From: Rhodospirillaceae bacterium
GTDB lineage: Bacteria; Pseudomonadota; Alphaproteobacteria; Rhodospirillales; UBA2165
Assembly (NCBI GenBank): GCA_038127535.1
Contig: JAYPHU010000016.1
Location: forward strand, 8,019 to 72,018
DNA: 64,000 nt
Reading direction: 5' to 3'
The notes under the pieces were generated by a model. It made no database searches, was not told where the DNA came from, and was given only the letters and a program-made list of their open reading frames with translations. The number at the start of each line of letters is the position of its first letter. The first letter of the stretch is position 1. Both the position numbers and the translations under genes were made by a program. Of the stretch, positions 39,664 to 48,501 are shown one piece after another.

Positions 39664-40527
39664 ATGGCCGGTTTCGACCAGCTACAGCACTGGATCGGGC
39701 GCACCGAAGAAGCGCAAGATACGGTGCTGGCGCGGCAACTAGACGCCATGGCCGCAACGTTGGATCGAGCCGATCCGCCCGCAAAAGACGGTGACACCCT
39801 GCCCGCCGCCTGGCACTGGATGTACTTCGCGCCGTCGGTTCGTCATTCGGGGTTGGGCCGGGACGGTCACCCCGGCACGAGAGAGAGTGAGGGCGGGTTT
39901 CTGCCGCCGATCCCCCTGCCCCGGCGCATGTGGGCCGGCAATAAGGTAACCGTGCGCGCGCCGATCCAAGTGGGGGAACACATCAAGCGCATCTCCACCA
40001 TCGATGACATCACGGTTAAGGAGGGCCGAAGCGGCACCCTCGTCTTCCTCAAAATCCGGAATGCGATCACCGGCGACCGGGGCGCTGATCTGGACGATGT
40101 TCTGACGGCCGTCTACCGGGATGACCCGAAAAAATTCGAACCGCCTCGCGAGCCGGCTAAGGCCCGCAAGGACGGGGTTTGGAGCCGCACCATCACGCCT
40201 GACCCTGTGCTGCTGTTCCGTTATTCAGCGCTGACCTTCAACGGCCATCGCATTCACTATGACCGCGACTACACGACGACAGTGGAAGGCTATCCGGGCC
40301 TGCTGGTGCACGGGCCGCTGACGGCGACCTTGCTGCTGGATCTGGCGCGGCGGGAACAACCGGACAAAAGCGTATCCTGGTTTCGCATCAAGGCCACGTC
40401 GCCGCTGTACGACACCGAGCCGTTTACCCTTAGCGGTGCGCCGTCGGACGATAACGGCGCCGCGCTCTGGGCAGCCGACGCCAACGGCAACCTGGCCATG
40501 GAAGCCCACATTAAATTTGGCGGATGA
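39664..40527 (+). CDS. MaoC/hotdog-fold (R)-specific enoyl-CoA hydratase-like protein (double hotdog, HTD2/mesaconyl-CoA hydratase-like)
   Basis: YSALTFNGHRIHYDRDYTTTVEGYPGLLVHGPL hydratase motif. Start at ATG 39664, 3 nt after the ACAD stop. Confidence 0.7.
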   Translation: MAGFDQLQHWIGRTEEAQDTVLARQLDAMAATLDRADPPAKDGDTLPAAWHWMYFAPSVRHSGLGRDGHPGTRESEGGFLPPIPLPRRMWAGNKVTVRAPIQVGEHIKRISTIDDITVKEGRSGTLVFLKIRNAITGDRGADLDDVLTAVYRDDPKKFEPPREPAKARKDGVWSRTITPDPVLLFRYSALTFNGHRIHYDRDYTTTVEGYPGLLVHGPLTATLLLDLARREQPDKSVSWFRIKATSPLYDTEPFTLSGAPSDDNGAALWAADANGNLAMEAHIKFGG

Positions 40528-42659
40528 TGGCGACGACCGCACCCCGTTTCCGGCCCAATTACCTCCGCTCTCCGGACCTGCTTGAGATTTGCGCGCACTA
40601 CCTGTCGGCGGAGGCAGCGTTCGATGCGGGCAATTATTATGTGGCGCTGTTGAAAGGGGAACAAAGCGGGGATCAGGAGACCGCCGCCTTATCCCGGCTG
40701 ATGTGCGGGGACTATGCCGGCGGCATTGCGGGTTTGGAAAAACTCGACCAGCCATCGTCCCGGGCCGCCCGGTTTCAGTCTCTCGGCCATTGGATCGCCG
40801 GGGATAAGCAGGCCGCCTGCGCAGGTTTAGACAAGGCGACCGACACGCCGCTGATCAAATTGATCGGCAAGGACGACATCCATCTGCTGATCATTTTCGG
40901 GCCCCACACGAAAAATGCCGTCCCGGACCCGGCCCCGGACGGTTATACGCTGCATACGGTTTGCGTGGAGCGGGACGAAAAAGCACCGGCGCTGGAGACG
41001 ATCCTTTCCGGCAGCACCGGCATAGATGGCGTCATTGTATTCGATGTCTACGGTCCGCGCCTGCCCGACGGGGTGTTTGATATCGACGCGCCGGTGATCT
41101 TTCTCACCTATGACCTGGATTTCCAACTACACCATCAGTTCGGGGATTTACGCCGCGCCGATCTGATCCTCATGAACGCGGCCTTCGAGCATATCCGGAT
41201 GGACGGGATTTACCCGTGTCCCGTCGCCGCCTACCCCGCGTACATCAACGCCTTCGTCGAACCGGGGTTCACCACGCCGGCAGCCGAAAAGGATATCGAC
41301 ATCCTGCATACCGGCCTGTCATTCACGCCGATCATGCGGGAAAAGGCCCAGTATCTGTTCCGGCTCGCCTCACTCGATGAACCCGATTTAGACATCCGCA
41401 TTCATCATGGCTTTTTGGACAAGGATGAATATCTGGAGGCCCTGTCCCACGCCAAATTTGTGCCGGTCTGCAGCAGCCGCAATCTGGGCGGACTCTCGGG
41501 ACGGGCAGCGGATGTTTTGCTCAACGGCGGCCGGGCGTTGATGCCGGAGAACGACAACGCCACGCGATTATTGGATAAGGCTGCTGACCTGATAACGGAG
41601 GTTTCCGTGTCGGCGTTCGAACAACAGGCCCTGAAAGCGCTCCAGGAGCCGCTGGAGGAGTGGGCGGATATCAAACGTGATTGGCCGGTGATCCTGGAAG
41701 AATTGGAAACTCTCGCCGGCCGTTCGCCTGGGCGGGAGGCGGCACTATTCAAGTTCTGCCTGTTCGAGGCATTGCGGCGGCGATCGCCAAAGTCTTGCCC
41801 GCCGGCAAACAACGTCATCGCCGACACCGACCATAGCGCGGACTGCGCCTTGCTGTTTCGCACGCTCACCCAGATTGTCGCCCGCCCCCGGGATCAGGCG
41901 CTAATCGAAGTGGCAAAGAACTTATATAATGAGGCCCATTCCCGGCGCCCGAAGTCGCTCATCCTGCCGTTCAATATGGGGCGGATTCTTTGGGCGCTAG
42001 GCGACCGGCCAGCCGCGGTTGAAGCGCTTCGGCAAGCGGTAGAAAACGCCCATGACGGTATTTTCGATCCACGCCGGGACGATATTTGGCTGCATCTGTT
42101 CAAAGGCACGAATGAGATGATGCCTTATGACGACTACTTCGTCGGCAACAGCGTGGACCTGTCCCGTGGCCGGATGAATGCGCCTAACGGACGTGCCGTC
42201 ATCGCCGCCACCGCCAGGACGTATCTGGCGCTGAACGCCCTTCAAGACAGCGACCTGGAGCGAGGCTTGGCATATCTGGGCGAGGCCTTGTCCGATTTTC
42301 CCGACCACTGGCCGGCAGCTAAGCTGCGCTGCAAGACGCTCTACGCGATGACAGAGGGCGGTGTTTTGTCAGATTGGGATGAGGTCATCGCGTCTTTCGA
42401 CCGTGCGGTCGAGCTTTACCCGCCGGTGATCTCCGAGCTTGTGCCCTTCGGCATTTCCGCGGAGCTGGCCAGAGGAGATGAAGACGGCGCGGGAGAGATC
42501 GCCAAGACCTGGGCCTACTTCGCCACTAGGGTCACCTGGGAACATGCGGACGACCATCCCATTCCCGATGCTACCTGGAAATGTGTGCGCGCGCTGTTCG
42601 ACCGGCTGCCGGATCATTTGCAGTCGGCGCTTCGGGACCGCTACCCCGATCAACTCTAG
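40524..42659 (+). CDS. Large hypothetical protein (711 aa); possible GT-B-like middle region and a helical-repeat C-terminal region
   Basis: Coding-like composition and ATGA overlap with the MaoC gene. I recognise no diagnostic catalytic motif. ..HAKFVPVCSSRNLGGLSGRAADVLLNGG.. is weakly glycosyltransferase-like. Confidence 0.5.
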   Translation: MMATTAPRFRPNYLRSPDLLEICAHYLSAEAAFDAGNYYVALLKGEQSGDQETAALSRLMCGDYAGGIAGLEKLDQPSSRAARFQSLGHWIAGDKQAACAGLDKATDTPLIKLIGKDDIHLLIIFGPHTKNAVPDPAPDGYTLHTVCVERDEKAPALETILSGSTGIDGVIVFDVYGPRLPDGVFDIDAPVIFLTYDLDFQLHHQFGDLRRADLILMNAAFEHIRMDGIYPCPVAAYPAYINAFVEPGFTTPAAEKDIDILHTGLSFTPIMREKAQYLFRLASLDEPDLDIRIHHGFLDKDEYLEALSHAKFVPVCSSRNLGGLSGRAADVLLNGGRALMPENDNATRLLDKAADLITEVSVSAFEQQALKALQEPLEEWADIKRDWPVILEELETLAGRSPGREAALFKFCLFEALRRRSPKSCPPANNVIADTDHSADCALLFRTLTQIVARPRDQALIEVAKNLYNEAHSRRPKSLILPFNMGRILWALGDRPAAVEALRQAVENAHDGIFDPRRDDIWLHLFKGTNEMMPYDDYFVGNSVDLSRGRMNAPNGRAVIAATARTYLALNALQDSDLERGLAYLGEALSDFPDHWPAAKLRCKTLYAMTEGGVLSDWDEVIASFDRAVELYPPVISELVPFGISAELARGDEDGAGEIAKTWAYFATRVTWEHADDHPIPDATWKCVRALFDRLPDHLQSALRDRYPDQL

Positions 42660-42710
42660 TTCTGCATTTTTTAAGGAAATTCTGCTATCACCGGAGAACA
42701 GACAGCGGAT

Positions 42711-44315
42711 TTGGCAGAACCCTTGAGCGGAACATTCCTCATCACGTCGGGCGCCTATTGCGGGCCCGAGTTTACGTCGATCTTAGGCAAACTGCCTCCG
42801 GCCTTTTTGCCGGCGGGCAACCGGCGCCTGTTTCAAGTTCAGGCCGGCTATATCAGCGGCGTCGAGGCGCGGCGGATTCTATCCCTGCCGGAAGATTTCG
42901 ACATCCCGGAGGAAGACCAAAAAATTCTGAACGTGCTATCGTTTGAAATCGTGTCCGTGCCCGGCGGGCTGAACCTTGGGCAGTCCGTTTCTCATGTGCT
43001 GGAAGCCGCGAACGTAGACAAGGGTCCGCTGCACATCCTGCACGGCGACACGTTGTTGACCGGCTTTCCGTACGACCAGTTGGACTGTGTCTCCGCCGGG
43101 CGGACGTCGGAATACACGTCCTGGGCGGAGTCTCGCACCGCCAACGATGGCGCACTCACATTCTTCGATGGCCTGCCGGAAGGCGGCGCCCCGGCGGCGG
43201 GTGAACGCCAAGTGTTGTCAGGTTTTTTTAGCTTCTCCGACGCCGACGCCTACAAGACGGCCCTCGCCACCTCGGACAACAATTTCATCGAGTCTTTAAA
43301 TGCCTATAGCGCGGCAACCCCTCTGTCCGAGATCGCCGCCGGCGATTGGCTCGACTTCGGCCACCTGGACACCTATTTCCAGTCCAAGGCCCAACTCACC
43401 AGTGGCCGAGCGTTCAACGATGTCCGCTTCTCCCGCCGCGCCGTCGAAAAGACCAGCACCGACAACGCCAAGATCGACGCCGAAATCCACTGGTTCGAGA
43501 ACGTGCCTGCCGACGTCAAAGTCTTCGCGCCGCAGTATCTCGGCCAAAGTGCGGCCGGCGCCGGCTACCAGACAGAGTATCTTTATTTGTCATCTCTGGC
43601 GGATTTGATGGTTTTCGGGCGGCTGCCGACGTATGTCTGGCAGCGCATCTTCGCCGCCTGTGACGAGTTCCTGCAAACCTGCGCCCGGCACGGGCCGGAT
43701 TCCAAACTGTCCTCGGACTCCCTCTACACGGAAAAGACGCTGGCTCGGCTGGACGAGTATGCGTCTCAATCGGGAACGGACCTGAACACAGGCTGGACCT
43801 TTAACGGCGAGGCCCTCCCCGGATTGACACAGATCGTCGAGACGTGCACCGCCGCCATTCCGCCCGTTGACAAGCATCATCAACAGATCGTCCATGGCGA
43901 TTTCTGCTTCAGCAATATCTTCTATGACTTCCGGGCGCACACGATCCGGGTGGTCGATCCGCGCGGGTATCTCGGTGACGCTGAAGCCTCAATTTATGGC
44001 GATGTCCGCTACGACATCGCCAAGCTCTACCACTCCGTCGCCGGCGGATACGATCCGGTAATCGCCGGCCGCTATGACTTGGGCGGCAGCGGAACCGATC
44101 TGACCTTCGCACCGCCCGGCAGCGAGGACAACGGTGCGTGCCGGGAGGCGTTCCTCGCCGGGACGTATAATGGCCTGAGCCTAGAAGACGCCGCCGCCAA
44201 ACCCATCGCCATCCTGCTGTTTCTCTCCATGCTGCCGCTGCACCGGGATGACGAGGCGCGGCAACGGGCGTTGCTGGCCTGCGCGCTCCGGCTGTTCCGG
44301 GAACTGGATCACTAG
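42711..44315 (+). CDS. Two-domain protein: N-terminal nucleotidyltransferase-like region + C-terminal APH/choline-kinase-like phosphotransferase
   Basis: Kinase motifs IVHGDFCFSN (HxDxxxxN), VVDPRG and GDVRYDIAKLYHS. N-terminal LPPAFLPAGNRRL. TTG start, uncertain. Confidence 0.6.
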   Translation: MAEPLSGTFLITSGAYCGPEFTSILGKLPPAFLPAGNRRLFQVQAGYISGVEARRILSLPEDFDIPEEDQKILNVLSFEIVSVPGGLNLGQSVSHVLEAANVDKGPLHILHGDTLLTGFPYDQLDCVSAGRTSEYTSWAESRTANDGALTFFDGLPEGGAPAAGERQVLSGFFSFSDADAYKTALATSDNNFIESLNAYSAATPLSEIAAGDWLDFGHLDTYFQSKAQLTSGRAFNDVRFSRRAVEKTSTDNAKIDAEIHWFENVPADVKVFAPQYLGQSAAGAGYQTEYLYLSSLADLMVFGRLPTYVWQRIFAACDEFLQTCARHGPDSKLSSDSLYTEKTLARLDEYASQSGTDLNTGWTFNGEALPGLTQIVETCTAAIPPVDKHHQQIVHGDFCFSNIFYDFRAHTIRVVDPRGYLGDAEASIYGDVRYDIAKLYHSVAGGYDPVIAGRYDLGGSGTDLTFAPPGSEDNGACREAFLAGTYNGLSLEDAAAKPIAILLFLSMLPLHRDDEARQRALLACALRLFRELDH

Positions 44316-44318
44316 ACC

Positions 44319-45056
44319 ATGCTAATCGTCATTCCCATGGCAGGCGAAAGCCGCCGTTTCCGGGACGCCGGTTTTGAACAGCCCAAATACATGCTGCCAT
44401 TGAAGGACCGCACGGTCTTTGATTTCGCCGTCGGCGGCTTCGAGGATTGCTTCGACGACCACGACTTCCTGTTCATCTACCGGGACATTCAAGACACAAA
44501 GCCGTTTATAAAAGAACACTGCGCCGATCTCGGCCTCAATGACCCGCATCTCGTGGAGTTGGAGGCGGTGACAACGGGCCAGGCGGAGTCGGTGCGCATG
44601 GGTCTGGAACGATCCGCGCTTATGGCCGAAGACGGTCTCGCCATCTTTAACATTGATACGTTCCGCCCCAGCTTTGCCTTTCCCGACAACTGGAACTGGG
44701 AGGAGGTCGATGGCTACCTGGAGGTGTTCGAGGGCAGCGGCCCCAACTGGTCTTATGTGCGGCCCTCCGGGCTCGGCGACGGCGCGGTCCTGGAAACCGC
44801 CGAGAAGGTCGAGATTTCCAATCTCTGCTGTACCGGGCTCTACTATTTCCGGAACACGGAAACCTTCCGCCGCGCGTTGCTGGCTCACCGGGCCCGCAAA
44901 CCGGATACGCGGGAATTCTACGTGGCGCCCATCTACAACGACCTGATCGCCGAAGGGGCGGATATCCGCTACCATCAAATCCCGGCGGACGCTGTGACCT
45001 TCTGCGGCGTGCCGGCGGAATACGAAGCTTTGTTCGCCGAGGAAGCCGATGGCTGA
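44319..45056 (+). CDS. Nucleotidyltransferase-fold (GT-A-like) protein of capsule/LPS-locus type
   Basis: MLIVIPMAGESRRFRDAGFEQPKYMLPL (GxGxRF..PK), TTGQAESV, NIDTF, CCTGLYYF. 3-nt gap to the upstream gene. Confidence 0.6.
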   Translation: MLIVIPMAGESRRFRDAGFEQPKYMLPLKDRTVFDFAVGGFEDCFDDHDFLFIYRDIQDTKPFIKEHCADLGLNDPHLVELEAVTTGQAESVRMGLERSALMAEDGLAIFNIDTFRPSFAFPDNWNWEEVDGYLEVFEGSGPNWSYVRPSGLGDGAVLETAEKVEISNLCCTGLYYFRNTETFRRALLAHRARKPDTREFYVAPIYNDLIAEGADIRYHQIPADAVTFCGVPAEYEALFAEEADG

Positions 45057-46155
45057 TGCCGCCGATACCGACGTCTCTGTTGTGGTGACCGGCTTGGTCC
45101 GGGACGTGGATCTGTTCACCCGCAGCCTGGACTGTCTGACCGGCATTAAGCAGATCAAAGAGATCATCCTCGCCACCTGGGAAAAAGAGGCGGCGGAAAA
45201 CGCCGCGACCCTGGCCACGCTGGCCCACCGGTTTGATCTGAAGGTCGTCGCCGTGCCCGAACCGCCGCAATGGAGCGGCAATCTGTTGAGCCAGATGCTC
45301 TCGCTCTATGTCGGGGCCAACCACGCGGCCTGCGGCAATATTCTGAAAACCCGCACCGATGTGTTTATCGAGCCTGACGCACTCAAGTATATCTTCGCCA
45401 AGGACCGGGCCATTTCTTTGCCCGGAAATATGACGGCCGGCGCGCCGGTCTTCGGAAATAAAGTCTGCGTCTGGGGCGTGGAATCTACCTCACCCTTCTA
45501 CATGCACGATCTGTTTTTCTTCGCGTCCAAGCCCGACATGCTAAAGCTGGTCAACATGGATGTGCGCTACGACTGTCTCTACAACATGACCAAGGAGAAA
45601 GTGCATATCCGCCGCTTCATCCATCCGTTCATCCATGAATTCCCGATCCTGGAGAAGTTCCTCCACGTCGCCCATGTGCTGGGCGCGACCATCGAGTTCC
45701 CCAACGAGTATCGTTACGCCGTGTTGGAGAAAATGCTCGGCGAGGAGCTTTATGTCCTGATTCTGGCGCTTTATTATCGGCTGGTGGATGTCTATTTCTC
45801 CAACGACTGGGGGCAGGACCGGGTCTTTGAGTGGAAGGACGTGCCCGATCAGGTCGCGTTTACGCCCGGCGGCACGTTGAAAGACGCATATTTTGCGCAC
45901 CCCGGATACAAGGCCCTCTTGGCCAAGGGCGATGTGCTGTTCCGGTCGGTCGCCGCCAGCGATTTTGCCGATGACGAGCTCGGCCAGCGGTTTGCGAAAG
46001 CCAACGCGGAACTGGATGGGCTTGCAGATCTTCGCACCGCCGGTTTGGATCACGATTTCAACGGATTCATACAACGCGCCCTGGGCTGCGGCCAGGAAGC
46101 GCTGGACGTCGTGCGCCAAAGCTACGCAGAAGACGGCGTTTCCCCGGCAGATTGA
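45049..46155 (+). CDS. WavE-like (LPS synthesis, function unknown) protein
   Basis: VSVVVTGLVRD..IKEIILATWEKE.. and SPFYMHDLFFFASKPDMLKL resemble the WavE family pattern as I recall it. 8-nt overlap with the upstream gene. Confidence 0.45.
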   Translation: MADAADTDVSVVVTGLVRDVDLFTRSLDCLTGIKQIKEIILATWEKEAAENAATLATLAHRFDLKVVAVPEPPQWSGNLLSQMLSLYVGANHAACGNILKTRTDVFIEPDALKYIFAKDRAISLPGNMTAGAPVFGNKVCVWGVESTSPFYMHDLFFFASKPDMLKLVNMDVRYDCLYNMTKEKVHIRRFIHPFIHEFPILEKFLHVAHVLGATIEFPNEYRYAVLEKMLGEELYVLILALYYRLVDVYFSNDWGQDRVFEWKDVPDQVAFTPGGTLKDAYFAHPGYKALLAKGDVLFRSVAASDFADDELGQRFAKANAELDGLADLRTAGLDHDFNGFIQRALGCGQEALDVVRQSYAEDGVSPAD

Positions 46156-46174
46156 GAATTGACTCATCCAGGGA

Positions 46175-46325
46175 CTCCCGGTAACCATGATTTCGACGGT
46201 TTTCAGCGACTTTTCGCTGGAATGAAATGGGAATGCGGTGCGCAAAAGTTAAGCAATCCCGCAACTGCCCCCGCAACTGTAAGCCGCGATCTCGGCGGCG
46301 AGTCAGATACCGGCCATCAGCCCCG
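46175..46325 (+). promoter_or_regulatory. Cobalamin riboswitch (compact form) upstream of cbtB-cbtA
   Basis: atGGGAAtgcGGTGcgcaa..aaTCCcgcaaCTGCCCCCGCAACTGTAAGC and B12-box-like gAGTCAGATACCGGCC. Only ~17 nt separate ACTGTAAGC from the B12 box. Confidence 0.8.
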
Positions 46326-46380
46326 CAGGGACTTTTTTGTCCGTCGCGTCGCGGGGCGCGCGACACACGGAGGGTGAACA

Positions 46381-46572
46381 ATGTCGAACCAAATTCAAGC
46401 TCGGGTCCAGGAGCAGGATGCCGCCGGACAGCAACAACGCCTCGTCGCCGCGACTATCGGCGGCCTATTGGGCGTCTTTCTGTTGATCGGCGTCGGCTTC
46501 GCCGGCCAGGACGGGTTCGCACACAACGCGACGCACGATACCCGGCACGCGACCGGCTTTCCCTGCCACTAA
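46381..46572 (+). CDS. cbtB: Cobalt transporter subunit CbtB
   Basis: 63 aa, one TM helix, C-terminal HDTRHATGFPCH signature. Confidence 0.85.
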   Translation: MSNQIQARVQEQDAAGQQQRLVAATIGGLLGVFLLIGVGFAGQDGFAHNATHDTRHATGFPCH

Positions 46573-46581
46573 ACCAGTTTC

Positions 46582-47382
46582 ATGCTTTATAGACTGTTGG
46601 TGACGGGCCTCGTTTCCGGGGCCGTCGCGGGCGTGATTTTAACGGTCTTCCATTTTTTAATGGTCGAACCGCTGATCTTCGCGGCTGAGCAATACGAAGA
46701 TCAGGCCGCCTTCCATGCGGCCGAAGTTGTTGTTCAACACTCCCATACCTCGGGCGTAAACCACACCCATGAGGAAGGCGATAAACCCCACGAACACAAT
46801 GCCGAGGGTGCGGTTCATATCCACAGGGACGGCTCGGTGCATCACCACCACGGCTGGTCGCCGGCCGATGGGATTGAGAGAAGTGGCTTCACCCTGCTGG
46901 CCAATATCCTGGTCGGGATTGCCTGCGGTATTTTGCTGGCCACGGCGCTCACCCTATACGGCCGGGAAATTGGCTACGCGGAGGGCGTACTTTGGGGATT
47001 GGCCGGTTTCGCCAGTTTCGCCCTGTTGCCCGGCCTGGGCCTCCCCCCGGAATTGCCGGCCGCCGCCGCGGCTGATCTGTTTGCCCGTCAGACCTGGTGG
47101 CTGGGCACCGCCGCCGCCAGCGTCTTTGGCATCGCCCTCTTGGTTTTCGGCAAGAATGGGCTTTGGAAAGGCCTCGGCCTTGTCCTGCTCGTCGCACCGC
47201 ATGTCATCGGCGCGCCGCATCCGCCCGCCGGCGCCGTCGGCAAGTCCCCGCCGGAAATGGCCGCGCACTATGTCTCCGCGACCATGACTGGTTCGATGAT
47301 ACTGTGGCTGGTGATCGGGTTGATGGCCGCCTACATGCAGCAGCGGCTCGGCCGGGCGGAACAGGCAAACGCCTCCGACTAA
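46582..47382 (+). CDS. cbtA: Cobalt transporter subunit CbtA
   Basis: Multi-TM protein with a His-rich loop (HSHTSGVNHTHEEGDKPHEHNAEGAVHIHRDGSVHHHH), directly downstream of cbtB and the riboswitch. Confidence 0.85.
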   Translation: MLYRLLVTGLVSGAVAGVILTVFHFLMVEPLIFAAEQYEDQAAFHAAEVVVQHSHTSGVNHTHEEGDKPHEHNAEGAVHIHRDGSVHHHHGWSPADGIERSGFTLLANILVGIACGILLATALTLYGREIGYAEGVLWGLAGFASFALLPGLGLPPELPAAAAADLFARQTWWLGTAAASVFGIALLVFGKNGLWKGLGLVLLVAPHVIGAPHPPAGAVGKSPPEMAAHYVSATMTGSMILWLVIGLMAAYMQQRLGRAEQANASD

Positions 47383-48395
47383 TCCTTATCGGAGACCCCG
47401 GCTTCCGCAAAGGTCGCCATACCCGTATGGCAGGCCACGGCGCATTTGAGGATATTGAGCGCCACCGCCGCGCCGGAGGCTTCGCCCAACCGCATATTGA
47501 GATTGATCAATGCCACTTTGCCGAGTTGGTCCAGCAGCCGTTGGTGGCCCGGCTCCGCCGAGACATGCCCGGCCACGCAGTGATCCAATAGCGCGGGATC
47601 AACTGCATTCAGCGCCGCCGCCGCCGCCCCACAGACATAGCCGTCCAAAATAACCGGCGTCCGGGTTTGCCGCGCGGCAACCATCGCGCCGGCCATGGCC
47701 GCCAATTCCCGCCCGCCGAAGGTCTGCAAAACCGCCAGACCATCCTTCGGATCAATCCCGTGCTTCGCAACGCTGTCGCCGACGACCTTGATTTTGGTGT
47801 CGAGCGCGCTGCCTTCCACACCGGTGCCAGGCCCGACCCAGTCTTCCGCTGTGCCGCCAAATAGAGCATGACAGATTGCCGCCGCCGACGTGGTGTTACC
47901 GATCCCCATCTCACCGATACTCATCGCATCGCAGCCACCTCCCACCGCATCGGCGCCGGCATTCAGCGCGGCGAGCAGGCCGGCATCGTCCAGGGCCGGC
48001 TCTTGCGAAAAGTCCGCCGTCGGCGTTTCCAAGTCCAGCGCGATCACGTCGAGTTTCGCGCCCGCCACGCCGCTCAGCTGATTGATCGCTGCGCCGCCGG
48101 CTGAAAAATTAGCCACCATCTGCACGGTGACCTCGGCGGGAAAGACCGACACCCCTTGGGCGGTCACGCCGTGATTCCCCGCAAATACCAGCACCCGGCA
48201 ATCTTCCATGGTGGGCGGATACCTACCTTGCCAAGTCGCCAACCATCCCGACAATTCCTCCAACCGGCCCAACGAGCCCGCCGGTTTGGTCAGGTTCGGC
48301 TCCCGCTCAGCCGCAGCTGCCGCCGATTTCGCGTCCGCGCCGGGCAAAGCCGCAAGCGCGGCTTGGAATTGAGAGAGCGACGAAAATGTGGTCAT
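47379..48395 (-). CDS. cobT: Nicotinate-nucleotide--dimethylbenzimidazole phosphoribosyltransferase
   Basis: KPAGSLGRLEEL, GNHGV, IGEMGIGNTT motifs. Confidence 0.9.
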   Translation of the reverse strand: MTTFSSLSQFQAALAALPGADAKSAAAAAEREPNLTKPAGSLGRLEELSGWLATWQGRYPPTMEDCRVLVFAGNHGVTAQGVSVFPAEVTVQMVANFSAGGAAINQLSGVAGAKLDVIALDLETPTADFSQEPALDDAGLLAALNAGADAVGGGCDAMSIGEMGIGNTTSAAAICHALFGGTAEDWVGPGTGVEGSALDTKIKVVGDSVAKHGIDPKDGLAVLQTFGGRELAAMAGAMVAARQTRTPVILDGYVCGAAAAALNAVDPALLDHCVAGHVSAEPGHQRLLDQLGKVALINLNMRLGEASGAAVALNILKCAVACHTGMATFAEAGVSDKD

Positions 48396-48501
48396 TGAAT
48401 ATGTCTCGCTGGGGTTTCTTGTTCGCGTTCACCTTGGGGCTGTAATATAGAGGGTAGCACAGCCTGCAAAGTCAAAATTGGCTAAATTGGCGAGAGGGAA
48501 G

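Noticed and set aside
44322-45324. 319-aa and 225-aa minus-strand ORFs opposite the nucleotidyltransferase and WavE-like genes
   Set aside because: These are two overlapping antisense frames with Arg/Pro/Gly-rich translations. The plus-strand genes have recognisable motifs and tight operon spacing.
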